A stretch of 63,097 bases of DNA, filler included, from Chiloscyllium plagiosum (lineage: Eukaryota), in the NCBI RefSeq assembly GCF_004010195.1. It is 7 parts of 7 records of this genome, joined end to end, with 100 filler letters (N's around TTAATTAATTAA, not from the genome) between each part and the next. Parts side by side here need not be neighbours in the genome. Positions count along the whole stretch, not along the records: positions 1 to 28,575 come from NC_057718.1; 6 more parts are not named here. One strand, given 5' to 3'. Position numbers and translations under genes: made by a program. Below, piece after piece: positions 1 to 13,126 of the stretch. Positions within the stretch are counted from its first letter, which is position 1. The number at the start of each line of letters is the position of its first letter. The notes beneath the pieces were generated by a model that was not told where the DNA came from, did not search any database, and saw only the letters and a list, made by a program, of their open reading frames with translations.

Positions 1-107
1 TGAATGGCCTCATCTGGCTGCTACGAAATGACTGCATGTAACTGGACAGCTGACTGATAGAGGTTGAAATATGCATGGCACCTACCCTATGCTGCTTTTC
101 TATCCTG

Positions 108-193
108 CTACCAACTCCAGTAAACAGAAACAGCCAAAATCACAGAGAAAACAATGGTCCCAGCCGTGCCAACCACGATATTCCAAGGCGATC
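108..193 (-). CDS. B7/butyrophilin-like gene, exon 4: transmembrane segment and stop
   Basis: Acceptor ttgcag at 194-199. Phase-1 reading gives RSPWNIVVGTAGTIVFSVILAVSVYWSW, then TAG (108-110). Phase matches the IgC exon donor. Confidence 0.75.
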
Positions 194-276
194 CTGCAAC
201 TGGGAGAGAACAGGGGCAGGAAGTGGAGGAAAGTAATCTCATGTTAGTTCATGATTAATCAGAATCGGGAGTAGGC

Positions 277-458
277 GAGGACTGCAGATGCTGAGATCAG
301 AGTCAAAACGTGTGGTGCTGGAAAAGCACAGCCGGTCAGACATCATCCGAGGAGCAGGAGAGTCGATGTTTTGAGCATGAGGTCTTCTTCAAAACTTCGA
401 CTCTCCTGCTCCTCGGATGCTGCCTGACCGGCTGTGCTTTTCCAGCGACACACTTTTC
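277..458. mobile_element. Short foldback element, probably a non-autonomous Penelope-derived repeat
   Basis: Arms of about 57 bp (310-366 and 398-453) are reverse complements. The same family recurs at about 7616-7832, 12476-12655, 26087-26216, 36036-36152, 45965-46095 and 47890-48017. Confidence 0.7.
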
Positions 459-802
459 AACATTAAATGAGAATCAGCCAGGCAGTCAGACAGAGTGCAA
501 TTAAACCAGGCAATGACCATCTCCAATAAGCGACAGACAGACAGACAGACAGTCTAATGACTACATTCAATGGCTTTACCTTCACTGACTCTTCCACTGT
601 CAAAATCTTAGTGTGTTTTATTAGCCAGAGTCTGAAATGGGCTAGCCATATAAGTACAGTGGCTTCAAGATCAGGTCAGAAGCTAGGAATGGTGGGACAA
701 GCTCAAGGGGCTGAATGGCCTTCTCCTGCTCTGAGTTCTGATCTTCTTATTGCAGCTTCTCAGACATGCCTTTAGTTTTACCATCTCAGGTTCCATACTC
801 AC

Positions 803-1087
803 TCAGAACAACAAACACAAACGAGACGGCCTCATTCAGGTGCTGGTCAATCATGGTGCAGGTGTAATTGCTGATCGGCCCATGGTCTAGTCCAATCGTG
901 CTCCTCATGTGGAGGATCCCACCGGTGCCATTGATTGTCTCTGTGTGCGCGTACTGTGTGAGCTGTACCCCCAGGCCATTCTCCCAGATCACAGTCGGCG
1001 CTGGGAACCATCCGGATGACTCGCACACCAGTTTGGAGTAGCCCTGATCAGAAATATATGAGTGGATGACCGGCTGTGCACCTACAG
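803..1087 (-). CDS. B7/butyrophilin-like gene, exon 3: IgC-like domain
   Basis: 285 bp, cag acceptor and GTGAGT donor, phase 1/1. Contains LVCESSGWFPAPTVIW...NYTC, the C-x3-GW[FY]P-x-P-x-V-x-W motif of B7/BTN C domains. Confidence 0.9.
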
Positions 1088-2155
1088 CTGTGAGGGAAGA
1101 GAAAACATCCATCATGTTTCTTCTGTTTCACATGGTGGCTCCGTGCCAAGTGATCCTTTTAATTATGGCCCATCCAAACCCCAGGGGCCCCTTAACAGTG
1201 CTTCAACACCTCCGAACATTCTCTACCCTGTCTCAAGCTTGGACATGGCCACTATTCTGTGGTGACTCTGAGATCACGTCCTTGTGACCTTTAAAATATA
1301 AATACCCCTGACATCTTTAGCACTGGCACCATCTTTCAAAGCCCTCAGTGCCCAGCTTCTGACAGTGCGGCACTCCCTCGGTATTACACTGGAATGTTTC
1401 CTAGATCTTATTCCTAATTTTCCAATTTGTAATCATGCTTATTTGATTCTAATTGACACTTGCGAACGGAGCCAAACCATTAAATTGCTTCTGTAGGTGT
1501 CAAAAGTTAGGTTTTTTTGTTATAGTCAAAGAGTGGAGGTCTGTAGGGAGGCCACTCTCTTCTCGATTCCTATTTACTGCTTTATTATCACACAGCCTCT
1601 ATTCAGCTAATGTAAGCAAGTTGAGGATATCATTTTGGACTGAAAAAGAATAGATCAGGATACTTTCTAAATAGTATGAAGTAAAATATTAAGAGGTTGT
1701 CTAAACAGACTTGGGGGGGGGGTTCAGGTGCAAAAAACTTTAAAATGTCATAAACAGCAGAAAATAATCAAACAAGCTAATGGAATGTTGGCCTTTGAGT
1801 GAACTGGAGTATAAGGATGCACAATTTACATTGCAGTTACATAAAACCTGGTTCGATCCCACTCGGAGTACTGTGAGCAGATCTGGACCCCACACCTCAG
1901 GAGCCTTGGAGGGAGTACAATGCTTGTTCACAAGAATGATATCTGCGCTTCAGGGGTTATGTTTGAATGGAGATTATTCAAATTAGGTCTTTTTTCTCTA
2001 CGATTTGGAAGGTTAAAGAAGGATGTGATTAAAGTCTTAAAGATATTAACAGGGAAATTCAGTACGAGTCACAGACTGAGTTGTTAGACTGGTCAAGTGT
2101 CAACGTACCATTGAGATTCAGGCCAGTGCGTACAATAAATTTCACTGCTCCCTAC

Positions 2156-2503
2156 CTCTTACTCCCACGGCAACCATCGTCTCAGTACTTTGGGATTGGG
2201 TAGCAACTGAGAGCTTGTAGGTACCAGAGTCAGAGATTGTCACATTCCTCAATCTCAGGGACACATTCCCTTTCGGAATCTCGTTGCCAAAGACATCAAC
2301 TCTGTCTTGGTAGCTGGGTTCTTGCTCCTCCAGGCTGCTGTGGCTCATTGTGTAATTGTAGATAATTCCCATAGTTTCCATCTTCATCCAAGTGAAAGCA
2401 ATGGCACTGGGTTCATTCACAAAATGAAGGCAGCAGGGGATAACAAGGTCTTCTCCAAATTTGACAGTGATTTGATTCTCCACACATTTAATCTTCAAAC
2501 CAC
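2156..2503 (-). CDS. B7/butyrophilin-like gene, exon 2: IgV domain
   Basis: 348 bp, ttgcag acceptor and GTAGG donor, phase 1/1. GEDLVIPC...FTW...EQEPSYQDRVDVFGNEIPKGNVSLRLRNVTISDSGTY is the typical B7/BTN V signature. Confidence 0.9.
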
Positions 2504-3047
2504 CTGCAACAAACATGGAACAGGGGATCACTGCACTGTTCTCACTGAGATACTGACAAGTGTGAGGGAACTGGATTAACATCAGTAGAAATACAATCAG
2601 AAACTCAGGGCACTGGGGGCAGAGGGATTACAGAGAGAGAGTGTGAGGGAGCTGAATTAACATCAGTAGAGATCCTGGTGTCCTATAGAATTGCAATTTG
2701 GACAATCTAATTGATTTGGTACGCAAGAGATCAGACTCCCTAAGCAGGTGCTGTATACAGAGTTTAGTCATTGCAGAAGATCGCCTAGATAGCAGAACCA
2801 GTTTAGGGAGAGCTCAACCATCCTCATGGACTTCAGAGTCCCTGGCTCATGATCGATCAAACTGGAGAAGGCTTCTCTGAGAAGCAACTTTCGGAAGTTA
2901 GAGACAAAGTTGCGGCATCGGGTAAAACATATTACCCTTCAAGCATCCTACCTACTCAGCCTCTTTAAGCAGCATCACAGCACACAGACCCTTTGGTCTA
3001 ACTCATCCAGATATCCCAATTTTACCTAGTCCCATTTGTCAACATTT

Positions 3048-3363
3048 AGATTAGATTACTTACAGTGTGGAAACAGGCCCTTCGGCCCAACAAGTCCACA
3101 CCGACCCACTGAAGCGCACCCACCCAGACCCATTCCCCTACATTTACCCCTGCACCTAACACTATGGGCAATTTAGCATGGACAATTCACCTAACCTGCA
3201 CAATTTTGGTCTGTGGGAGGAAACCGGAGCACCCAGAGGAAACCCACGCAGACATGAGGAGAATGTGCAAACTCCACACAGACAGTTGCCTGAGGCGGGA
3301 ATTGAACCCGGGTCTCTGGCGCTGTGAGGCAGCAGTGCTAACCACTGTGCCACTGTGCCGCCC
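3048..3363 (-). mobile_element. HE1-type tRNA-derived SINE
   Basis: Minus strand shows A-box TGGCACAGTGG and B-box GGTTCAATTCC, a conserved core, and a (TCTAA)n tail. Many copies in the window. Confidence 0.85.
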
Positions 3364-3896
3364 ATATCCCTCTAAACCCTTTCGATTCATATACCCATCC
3401 AGATGCCTCTTAAAATGTTGCAATTGTACCAGCCTCCTCCACTTCCTCTGGCAGCTCATTCCACACACGTACCACCTTCTGCTTGAAAACATTACCCCTT
3501 TTAAATCTTTCCCCTCAACTTAAACCTATGCCTGCTAGTTTTGGATTCTTCTACCCTGTGGAGAAAAAAAAAAAGAACCCTTAGCTTTCACTCTAACCAT
3601 GCCCCTCATTACTTTATGAACCTCGATAAAGTCACCCTTCAGCCTCCAGGGTGAAGAGCTGCAGCCTACTTGGCATTTCGCTACAGCTCAAACCCTCCAG
3701 TCATTGAATGATGAGCCATCTCAGAACCTATCGCACTGGAGACTTAGCAAGATGCATCAAACCTGATGAATCATCCAAGAAGGAATGAAATAGCCAGGGT
3801 TGGGGGGGAGGAGAAGGGCTGTGGAGTGGCAGACAGACAGACAGACACAGATAATTAAAGCTATAGTCAGATGGACAAACAAAGCCCCACACTCAC

Positions 3897-3966
3897 CATC
3901 TGAAAAGCCCTGAGCAGCTGCCAGCTTTATGATTAAAGCAACGAGTAAAACAAAGAGACGACTCAT
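3897..3966 (-). CDS. B7/butyrophilin-like gene, exon 1: signal peptide
   Basis: MSRLFVLLVALIIKLAAAQGFSD plus G, then GTGAGT donor (3891-3896). 70 bp, phase 1. Confidence 0.8.
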
Positions 3967-6900
3967 TCTGTTAAAAAGAGACAAACAGTTATCGAAACAA
4001 CAGAAAATATTTGTTCAGAGTCACCATGAGACTAGCGTTCCTTCTCCAGCTACAGAGAGAGTTCCATTCTCCTTTTGAGGGTCCCTAGCAGAAAGGAGCA
4101 AGAATCACTTTCATTAAATAGACGACAGGGGGACAGATGGTGGAGCAAACTAAAACAGACCAATTTCTCATATAATGGCATAGACTAAATTAATTTAATT
4201 TTAGGTTCTCCCAGCCTCCTGGCAATCCCATTTCTCAACCAGCCTTGATATTTCCTTGCAGTAACCATTTCCACTTTACCGTCCCCTCTATGGAAGGAGT
4301 CTCAATTGCATAACACTTCCAGAAGTATGAAGGTGGTGACCTACCATTAGTTCCTTAACATAAATGAGGGACAGGTAAGGAATACCAACCTGTGCCTGTG
4401 ACATTACTAATCCCAAAAGTGAAAAAATTAACCACGTCCTATTGTGGCATGGACTAGTCCCAGACAGAGGACCCACACTAGCTGACTGGACCAATGACTG
4501 TCCATGATGATGTTTGCAATAACATGCATAGTTACTGGAACCAGAAAGCATTTGTCTCTTCATTGAAAGCAATGAGTTTAAGCACACAAGGACTCTGTCT
4601 GTGGACATAAACAATCTGTACTTTCAGGAGGCAAGAGGACAACTCAGCTCAGATAAATCAGTTCATCACAGACTGGATAATGAGCTCACACCTGTTTATT
4701 AGAAATTACTCAGTTCCAGACACCAGTGGTCACCGAATCAAAACTCAGAGGTTATCAGTAGCTAATCCTGTTCAGGAACACGCCTCCATACAAATTAAAT
4801 AATGGAAAACGATAAAAAAAAAACTCTGAAAACTCATGAAGTCAAACACAATTAAACAGCAAATATTACAAAAAAAAAAGTAACAGTTAATTTTTTGAAA
4901 AATATTCAAGATCACCCACATGATTCAAGGTGTGCAGCACAGTAAGTGAGTCAGAGAGAGACAGAGATTGAAAGAGTGTGTCCATATGCAATAGGTACAG
5001 AGCCTGAGTGGCAGTCTGAGACTTTGACTAGCATTATGAATCATTAAACAGGTAAACATCAGACACAATATTTGACTTTGCAAATGATGCTTAGGTACAA
5101 GGTGCAGAGTCTGGTCCAATAATGAGACAAGGAGGCTGGGTCCAGGGAGTGAGGCTGAAAACGAGGCAAGAGGGGGTTTTAACCTTACAGCAAAGTAACC
5201 AGTAGACACTACTGTGATGAATGTTGTCAACTAAATAAAACTGTGCAACATTTCGATTTCTGTCCTGTCACATCTCAAAGCATCACAGAAACTATGAATA
5301 TCAGAATTGTACAGCACATACAGACCCTTCAGTCCAACCAATCCATGCCAACCACAATCCAAAACTAAACTAGTCCCACCTGCCTGCACTTGGCCCATAT
5401 CCCTCCAAACATTTCTTATTCATGTACTTACCCGAATGTCTCTTAAACATTGTAACTGTACCCACATCCATCACTTCCTCTGGAAGTTCATTCCACAAAC
5501 AAACCACTCTCTCATGCCCTTTTTAAAAATCTCTCTCCTTTCACCTTAAAATATGCTCCTAGTCCTGAAATCCATCATCATTTAGCTCTGACTTTGACAG
5601 TAAATGGAGAACATGTTTATTGCAATGGCTTTTTAAACAGAGTGTCAGATTTAACTTTTGTTGCTACCTTCTGCCTGTTTCATATGCTTTCCTGGTCAGT
5701 TGTAGCTGTATGTTTGATGGTATGATGATGATAATTGAGAATATTGTTGAATTCTTCTAACTCAGCTTCTATGTGAGGCTAAAATACTTAATACACCAAG
5801 TACACTTGGTAGTATAGACTTAAGTATTGCGAAAAAAATTGTTGAAACTTTCCCTCGGGCACTGATCAGAGCAATTCACAAGAGTGTTTACACAATGAGA
5901 GGAGAGTGCTGCTTGGTTAATAATTATTCCAGTCCACAAGCCAACTTGTCTCATTACCAGTTAATCATTAACTATTCATTATTGGTCAAGACTTTTCATA
6001 TCTGAGCATCTTTTGCAATGATAAATATTGGATTCCCTGGCGCAACTGGTATTTATTTGTCAATGATTCATAATGCCAGCGAAACTGTCACCAGTGTCAA
6101 TGTTAACTCGATTTTTCTCACTTCACAGATGCTGCTAGACCTGGCAAGATTCCCAGCAATTTCTGTTTTTGTTTCAGATCCCCAGCATCCACAATTCTTT
6201 ATTTTGTTTCAGACTGGTGCTCAAGTTCTATATCAGTCCCACAACCTCTTCCAATCTCTCTCTCTCTGAGACCAACTCATTGTATCATGTACCTCACATC
6301 TCGTGGGTGACATGATCATCATAAACATTCAAATTAGGGAGAGAGATATGCCCTTTGGCCCTTCAAGCCCACATCTCCATTCATTAAGGTCCTGGCTGAA
6401 CTTGTGTTCCGAATTCCACATTCCTTCTGTCCCTGATGAATCGTTGATCCCTTACCGAACAAGAATCCATCTACACCCTCTAAAAATGTTAACTGATACA
6501 CACCTGTAACTACACCTCTACTTGAGTCAACCAACCAGCACTCTTCTCTCATACAGCATTGTTTTCCCATTACTTTTGTATTCTTGTGAATTGGCTTAAT
6601 GGAAGGAAAATGAGAATCTTCAACAAAACGTGTCCACTTTCTAACGTGAAATGGAAAGTAGTTCCTGAAAATGAAAAACAAAGTCTTCAAGAACATTGAG
6701 AGGCACTGAAAAAGAAATTTGACACCTGTACCTCTACCCAACCAAAATCATAGCTCTCAGTTTTGGAACACCTAATTGATCCCCAGCATCAGAAGACTAC
6801 TAGGTGGAAAAAAAACTTCACAGTTTCAAATTGCTCTGTGTGATGGCATGCGTCCCTGGATTGCAGATATTTTAATTTTTTATTTACTCTTGACATATGT

Positions 6901-7213
6901 AATTCTCTCTTGATATGTGTAATTCAACAGATCAGATAGAAACAGGAGTGCAAATGGAAGTGTACAAACATGCCACTCACTGATGGTTTCTCCTGGCACA
7001 CTAACAATCTGGGAAAAGGATGGGTTGCATTGTGCTGCTCCACTCTGGGAAACATTGCCTGGAGTTCCACAGCAGCCCCTGTGGCACGGGAGTGTCTGGT
7101 TACATTTCTGCCCACCTCTTCCAATCCCCTTCTAAATGTCAAAATCCAAAAAAAGTGACAGCCAATGTTGGCTCAAAGTTCAATGTCTTCATACCTCACT
7201 TGCACTGATCCTT

Positions 7214-7991
7214 TGCTATGGACTAGGCCAGACCACTCAAAAACATTAAGCAGGCAGCCCCAGACCACAACTTTGCAATTTGTTTCGGTAAGTGTACAGT
7301 AAAAATTACCCAGAGGGTGAGTTAGCAAGGTTTAAAACCGACAAAAAAATTTATTCACAAAATTACACGAAGAACAGAGTAAAGAACCCCTACAGATCTC
7401 AGTCTATCCAAATTAGACTTAAGTATGCTGTTCCGAATTTACACAACAATACACAACAGTCCCAATAAGCAAACCCCTTTTAATACACAGTACAAAAAAG
7501 GGTCAGATGCTTACAGGTTGAAGTTAGAAGGCAGGAGAGAGCGTTTCCACACAGTTCACTATTGAACTCCCAACCAGTTCTGAACTGAATTAAGCTGCGC
7601 AGCTAAGCTAGAGAGCGAGGCGAAAGTGAGGACTGCAGATGCTGGAGACTAGAGTCAAGGTTAGAGTGGTGGTGGAAATGCACAGCAGGTCGGGCAGCAT
7701 AAGAGGAGCAGGAAAATCGATGTTTTGGGCAGGAGCCCTTCATCAGGAAATGGCCCCTTCCTGAAACGTCAATTTTCCTGCTCCTCGGATGCTCCCTGAC
7801 CTGCTGTGCATTTCCACCACCACTTTAATCTAAGATAGAGAGCTGACCACTCCCCTTTCATTATATGGGGTCACTTCTAAAACATGACCACTTTGGACTG
7901 AAGTCTCATCTGTTTACATATATGCAAAAAGGCCTCTCAATCCCTTTAATCTCTATACCAAACCAGACTGATCAAAACCCAGCATGTGACA
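7214..7991 (-). repeat. 3' LTR of the Gmr1-like element, with a foldback insertion at about 7616-7832
   Basis: Starts TGTCACA on the minus strand immediately after the PPT GAGGGGGGGAGA (7992-8003). Aligns with 13127-13765. Confidence 0.8.
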
Positions 7992-10900
7992 TCTCCCCCC
8001 CTCAAAAGAAAAAGAACAATCAATACCAAAATATGGTTTCATTGTTAACCCTTCAAAAACCTGGTTAGTAGTCGCAACACACATATACACTATACTAACT
8101 GTAAACATGCAAACATGCACAACCGCATGCAAATTCAGGCCACGGTACACCCACCACTGAATGCCTCCATATCTCATTAGAGTCTCGATAACGCATCGAT
8201 AATCACGTTTTCACGACCTGCCACATGCACAGTTGTCAAACTGAATGGCTGCAACAACAAGCTCAATCTGAACACACTGGCATTTTTGTCCTTGAATTTT
8301 TCCACAAAATGTCAGTAGGTTATGATCAGTATATACGATTGTCTCAGATGCATTGTGGGTAATATAAACACTAAATGTTGTAATGGCAACACCACACTTA
8401 GTCTCTTTCTTGACTGGTGTACATTTCTGTTGATGAACGTTCAACTTCCTGGAAAAATACCCAATGGGTCTTTCTAGCCTCTTGTCATCCTCCTGCAGGA
8501 GCACCACACTGACACCCACATCACTGGCATCGATAGCCACCTTGAAAGACTTCATGTAACCCAGCATGGCTAATACTGGTTAACACAGTTTTCAGCTGTC
8601 AAATGCCTTTTGACAGTCCGCTGTCCACTGAAAGTTTTTGCCCTTTTTTAACAATTCGGTAAGTGGAGCAGCCACACTGCTGAAGTTTGGCACAAATCTT
8701 CGGGAAAATCCACTCAATCCCAGGAACCGTAGTACTGCTTTTTCCGTCGGCAGTGTGGATAATTCCCCAATTACTTTCATTTTTACATTCCGTGGGGCCA
8801 TTTTCCATGCCCAATAACATGGCCCAGGAAGGTGACTTGGGCTTTGGCAAATTCACTTTTAGCCACATTTACCACCTTCTGAAGTCGATTGACCAAGTCC
8901 GATAATTGCTGTAAATATTCCTTCCATGAGTGATTAAAAATCACCAGGTCATCAATATACACCACACAGTTGGGTAATCCGGCAATGACCTTATTAGTCA
9001 GTCTCTCAAATGTGGCTGGAGCATTTTTCATACCAAATGGCATGACTCTGGATTGATACAGTCCATTTGCTGTTATGAAAGTCGAAATCACCTTTGCTCT
9101 CTCTGACATAGGTACTTGCCAGTAGCTTCTGAGCAAGTCCAACTTAGAAATGCAAGTTGTTTGTCCCACTTTTTGGATACAGTCCTCCAACCGTGGAATT
9201 GGATATGCATCAGTCTTTGTAACAGCGTTGACTTTGTGATAGTCCACACATAACCGTTGGGTACCAACTGGCTTATGGGTGAGCTCCAGTCACTAACTCA
9301 CTTTGATTATGCCATTCTGAAGCAGGCGCTATATTTCCTTCTGAACCTGTGCCAACTTTAGAGCATTATGCCAATAGGATGTTGCTTAATCGGAACAGCA
9401 TCTCCTACACATACATCATGCACAATTAGGTTAGTACTTCCCAGTTTATTTCTGCGTATCTCCCCATCTGACAGTATAAGTTCTTTCAGGTCATTTCAAC
9501 TTTCTTGTGGAAGGGAACTCAATTTATCCCAATTTTTGACAACTTCCTCATTGTCCAATTTGATTTGAGGAATGTCCAATTCAGAATCCTCTGAACTTGG
9601 TTCTTCCTTCTCCTCTTGCTTTCCTTCCTGATCAAAATACCTTGAGCGTATTCACATGACACACAGATTTCTTCCTGTCGCAAGTCTTTAGTAAGTAGTT
9701 CACCTCAATTTCTTCTCAATTTTATAAGGTCCACTAAACCTTGCTTTTAAAGGCTCACCTGTTACTGGAAGGAACACCAATACCTTATCCCCAATTGCAA
9801 GATTGCACGTTTGCGATTTCTTATCCGCTTGTTTCATTTTATGCTGTGATACTTTTAAATGCTGTCCAGCCAACTCACTAGCTCTATTTAATCGTTATCT
9901 AAAATGACACAGTCCAAATGGGTGGTCTCTGAATGATTAATTTCTCCTTAATCAATTTTAATGATCCTCTTACTTCATGCCCAATAATTAATTCAAATGG
10001 ACTGAATTTGGTCAATTCATTCAATGCACCTCTGATCACAAAAAGCAAGAAGGAATTCCCTTACCTCAATCATCTGGATAATCTGGACCATAAGCCCCCA
10101 ACATGGTCTTCAGTGTTTGATGCCATCTCTCTAGTGTACCCTGTGATTCCAGATGATACAGAGTAGATTTGAATGGCTTTATTCCCAAGTTATTCATTTC
10201 CTCCTTGAATAGCTTGGATGTGAAGTTCAAATCTTTTATCTGACTGGGTTCTCTATTGGCAGTTTGTATCTAGTAAAACATTTAAGTAATTCTTCTACAA
10301 CCCTTTTAGCTGTGATGTTGCATAAAGTGATTGCCTCTAGAAATCTAGTTGACACATCCATTATTGTTAATAAACACTCATTCCCACTTTTTGTTTGAGG
10401 TAGGGGACTATGCAATCAATCAAGACGCTTGCGAAAAAGATCCTCAAATGCTGGAATAGGTATGAAAGGTGCAGGGTTTATTATTGTGTGCGGTATTCCA
10501 ATTAGCTGCCATGTATGACATGTCTGGCAAAATTCAACTACATCCTTATGTAGTCAAGGCTGGTAAAAAGGTCTTTGTATTTTAGTCTGCATTTTCCTCA
10601 CTCCTAAATGACCCCCTAGTCGTAGGTCATGCATCACTCGCAACATCTCCTTTCTCTACCTTACTGGCAAAACAATTTGGTGAATCTCTGCCCGAACGTG
10701 TGATGGTCTCCATTTCCTCATTAAGGCATAATTTGTTAAGTAATAAAACACAGGAATGCATTCAATTTCCTTCTCTGTAAATGCCTTTTGTGAGGATTTG
10801 TGGTAAGAGTACTGGACAAACTCTTAGCTCCAGGAATACAATTTGTCCTTGCAAATGATACAGCTGATTCACCGTTAGGCATGCTACCTACTCTAGTTGA

Positions 10901-11689
10901 AAAGGCAGTGGAGACACAAGCAACTGAAGAAATGACTAGTTTTTTTTTCAGGAATTTTCCCTGAATATGTGATCACAAGATCACAGAGGCACAAGCTGAT
11001 GCAGGAGGGAACAATAGGAACAAATAAGGAAGCTGACAGTGTTATCAGAGGCTTTTTTTGATCAGATAAGTGGAACAGAAAAAGAGCAAATAGATTAAAC
11101 ATGCCAGTATCTTTAGCTCTGCTAAGCTGATTTAATTTCTCATCTTTCTGCTGTAATTCAAACAGTTGTATCAAAAGGCATAGAAAGGAAGTGCTGAGAG
11201 TGGTGCATGAGCTACCACTTGGAGGTCATTTAGGTGTGAGGAAACCACAGGCTAAAATACTCTTCTCTAGACTCTCTTACCTCACTTTACATAATTGAGC
11301 ACTCTGTGTCACCATGAATGCCTGTTACCAGTACCTTTCCTGCAATAGTCCCTCAGCAGCACGTATCTCATAATCCTTCAGCATTACAGACTGACAGGAT
11401 CCTGTGTCCCTTAATATTGTAACCTCTTTACCTATTGCTCCTGTCCTATGTGAATAAATCAACCTCTGAACACTGAGGCAGTTGTCTAACTTTCCTTATA
11501 TTTTTTGTTACTAGTCCAACAAAACTTCCAGGCTTGTCCAGTTTTCCTACATCTAGCTTTCTCCTAGCCCACCAACACTGATTTTGTGTGGCCCACTTTA
11601 TTACAACGAAAACACTGGACGTTTTAACTTCTTTGTTCCCCTCAAGCATATCCTGGTGACCCACTCACAAGGATACTAGTGAAAATGGG

Positions 11690-12838
11690 TCATATCTTTC
11701 CGCCAGTTTGTCCAATGTAGTATTTGTTACAGTTCTTGCAAGGGATCCTGTAAATGACATTAGTTTTACTTGTTGTCTGTACAGTCTTTAAAGTTCATTA
11801 TCTGCTGTTTTAGTGTGTTGATGGGTTTGTGGGCTACCATGATGCCAAGGGGTCTAAGTAGCCTGGCAGTCATTTCTAAGATGTATTTGATGTAGGGGAG
11901 AGAGGCTAAGGTTTCTGGACGTGTTCTGTCTGCTTGTTTGGGTTTGTTGCTGAGAGAACAAAAAAAAACAAAAACAAAAACAAAAACAAAAACAAATCGA
12001 GGGACTGTGTTCATTGGGTACCCGTTCTTTTTGAATACACTGTACAGGTGGTGATTTCCCTCTGCTCTTCGTAGTTTCTCTTTGCTGCAGTGTGTACAGC
12101 GAATGAACTCGCAATATCCTAAACAGATGACAAGCAAAACTAATGTCATTTACAATATACCTTGCAAGAACTGTAACAAACACTACATTGGACAAACAGA
12201 CAGAAATCTAGTCACCAGGATACATGAACATCAACTAGCCAGAAACAGACATGACCCACTCTCACTAGTATCCTTACATACAGAGGAGGAAGGATACCAC
12301 TTTGACTGGGACACCACATCCATCCTAGGACAAGCCAAACAGAGACACGCATGAGAATTCCTAGAAGCATGGCATTCCAACCAGAACTCTATCAACAAAC
12401 ACATTGACTTGGATCTCATTTACCACCCCCCCCCCAGAAAAAAAAGGCAATGACATTACCATAGGAAATGACTCAGTAAAAACAATGACTGCAGATGCTG
12501 GAAACCAGATTCTGGATTAGTGATGCTGGAAGAGCACAGCAGTTCAGGCAGCATCTGAGGAGTAGTAAAATCAACGGGCTTTTGCCCGAAATGTCGAGTT
12601 TACTGCTCCTCGGATGCTGCCTGAACTGCTGCGCTCTTCCAGCAGCACTAATCCCGAAATAGGAAATGACATCACCACTGGAAATTACATCAGCAACCCA
12701 AGGAAACCTAAACACAAATAGAAAGCAGGCCATGCCACCAGTGCTTCATCTGGAGGCTCACTAATGATGTTACATAGTATGGTGATGAAACATCTGAGAA
12801 CAAACCTTCCAGCTCAGCGAGCAAACCTATATCCAGAT
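11690..12838. mobile_element. Penelope-like element fragment with GIY-YIG endonuclease, partly inverted, nested in the LTR element
   Basis: NVIYNIPCKNCNKHYIGQT...RIHEH on + (12082-12354). 11700-11785 is a reverse-complement copy of 12125-12200. Confidence 0.8.
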
Positions 12839-13105
12839 TCTGATGGTTTCTCCAGCAAGTTTAAATGCTGAGCAACTGCTGTAATTATCTCTCCTATCCT
12901 CACAGAAGCAGGCAGGTCAAATCCCAACTGGTCAGCTAATTCCTGCAGCTTGGTCTTATTCACCTTTTACAAAACTTCCAAAGTCACCGCATCCACTTCC
13001 AGAAAACTTTTAGTGACTGAAAGCCATTACTATGCCAAACTTTGTCTACCCAACCAAACCAACAGCCGAAATAAAGACACGAGCACCTACCACTCATTGT
13101 TTAAA

Positions 13106-13123
13106 ATCCCGCAAGAGCTCCCA
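13106..13123 (-). other. Primer-binding site, tRNA-Pro type
   Basis: TGGGAGCTCTTGCGGGAT matches the tRNA-Pro PBS TGGGGGCTCGTCCGGGAT at 15/18 positions and lies just inside the 5' LTR. Confidence 0.7.
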
Positions 13124-13126
13124 ATC

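Noticed and set aside
3290-3363. tRNA genes at SINE heads
   Set aside because: A and B boxes are present but continue into the SINE core; these are tRNA-derived SINE heads.
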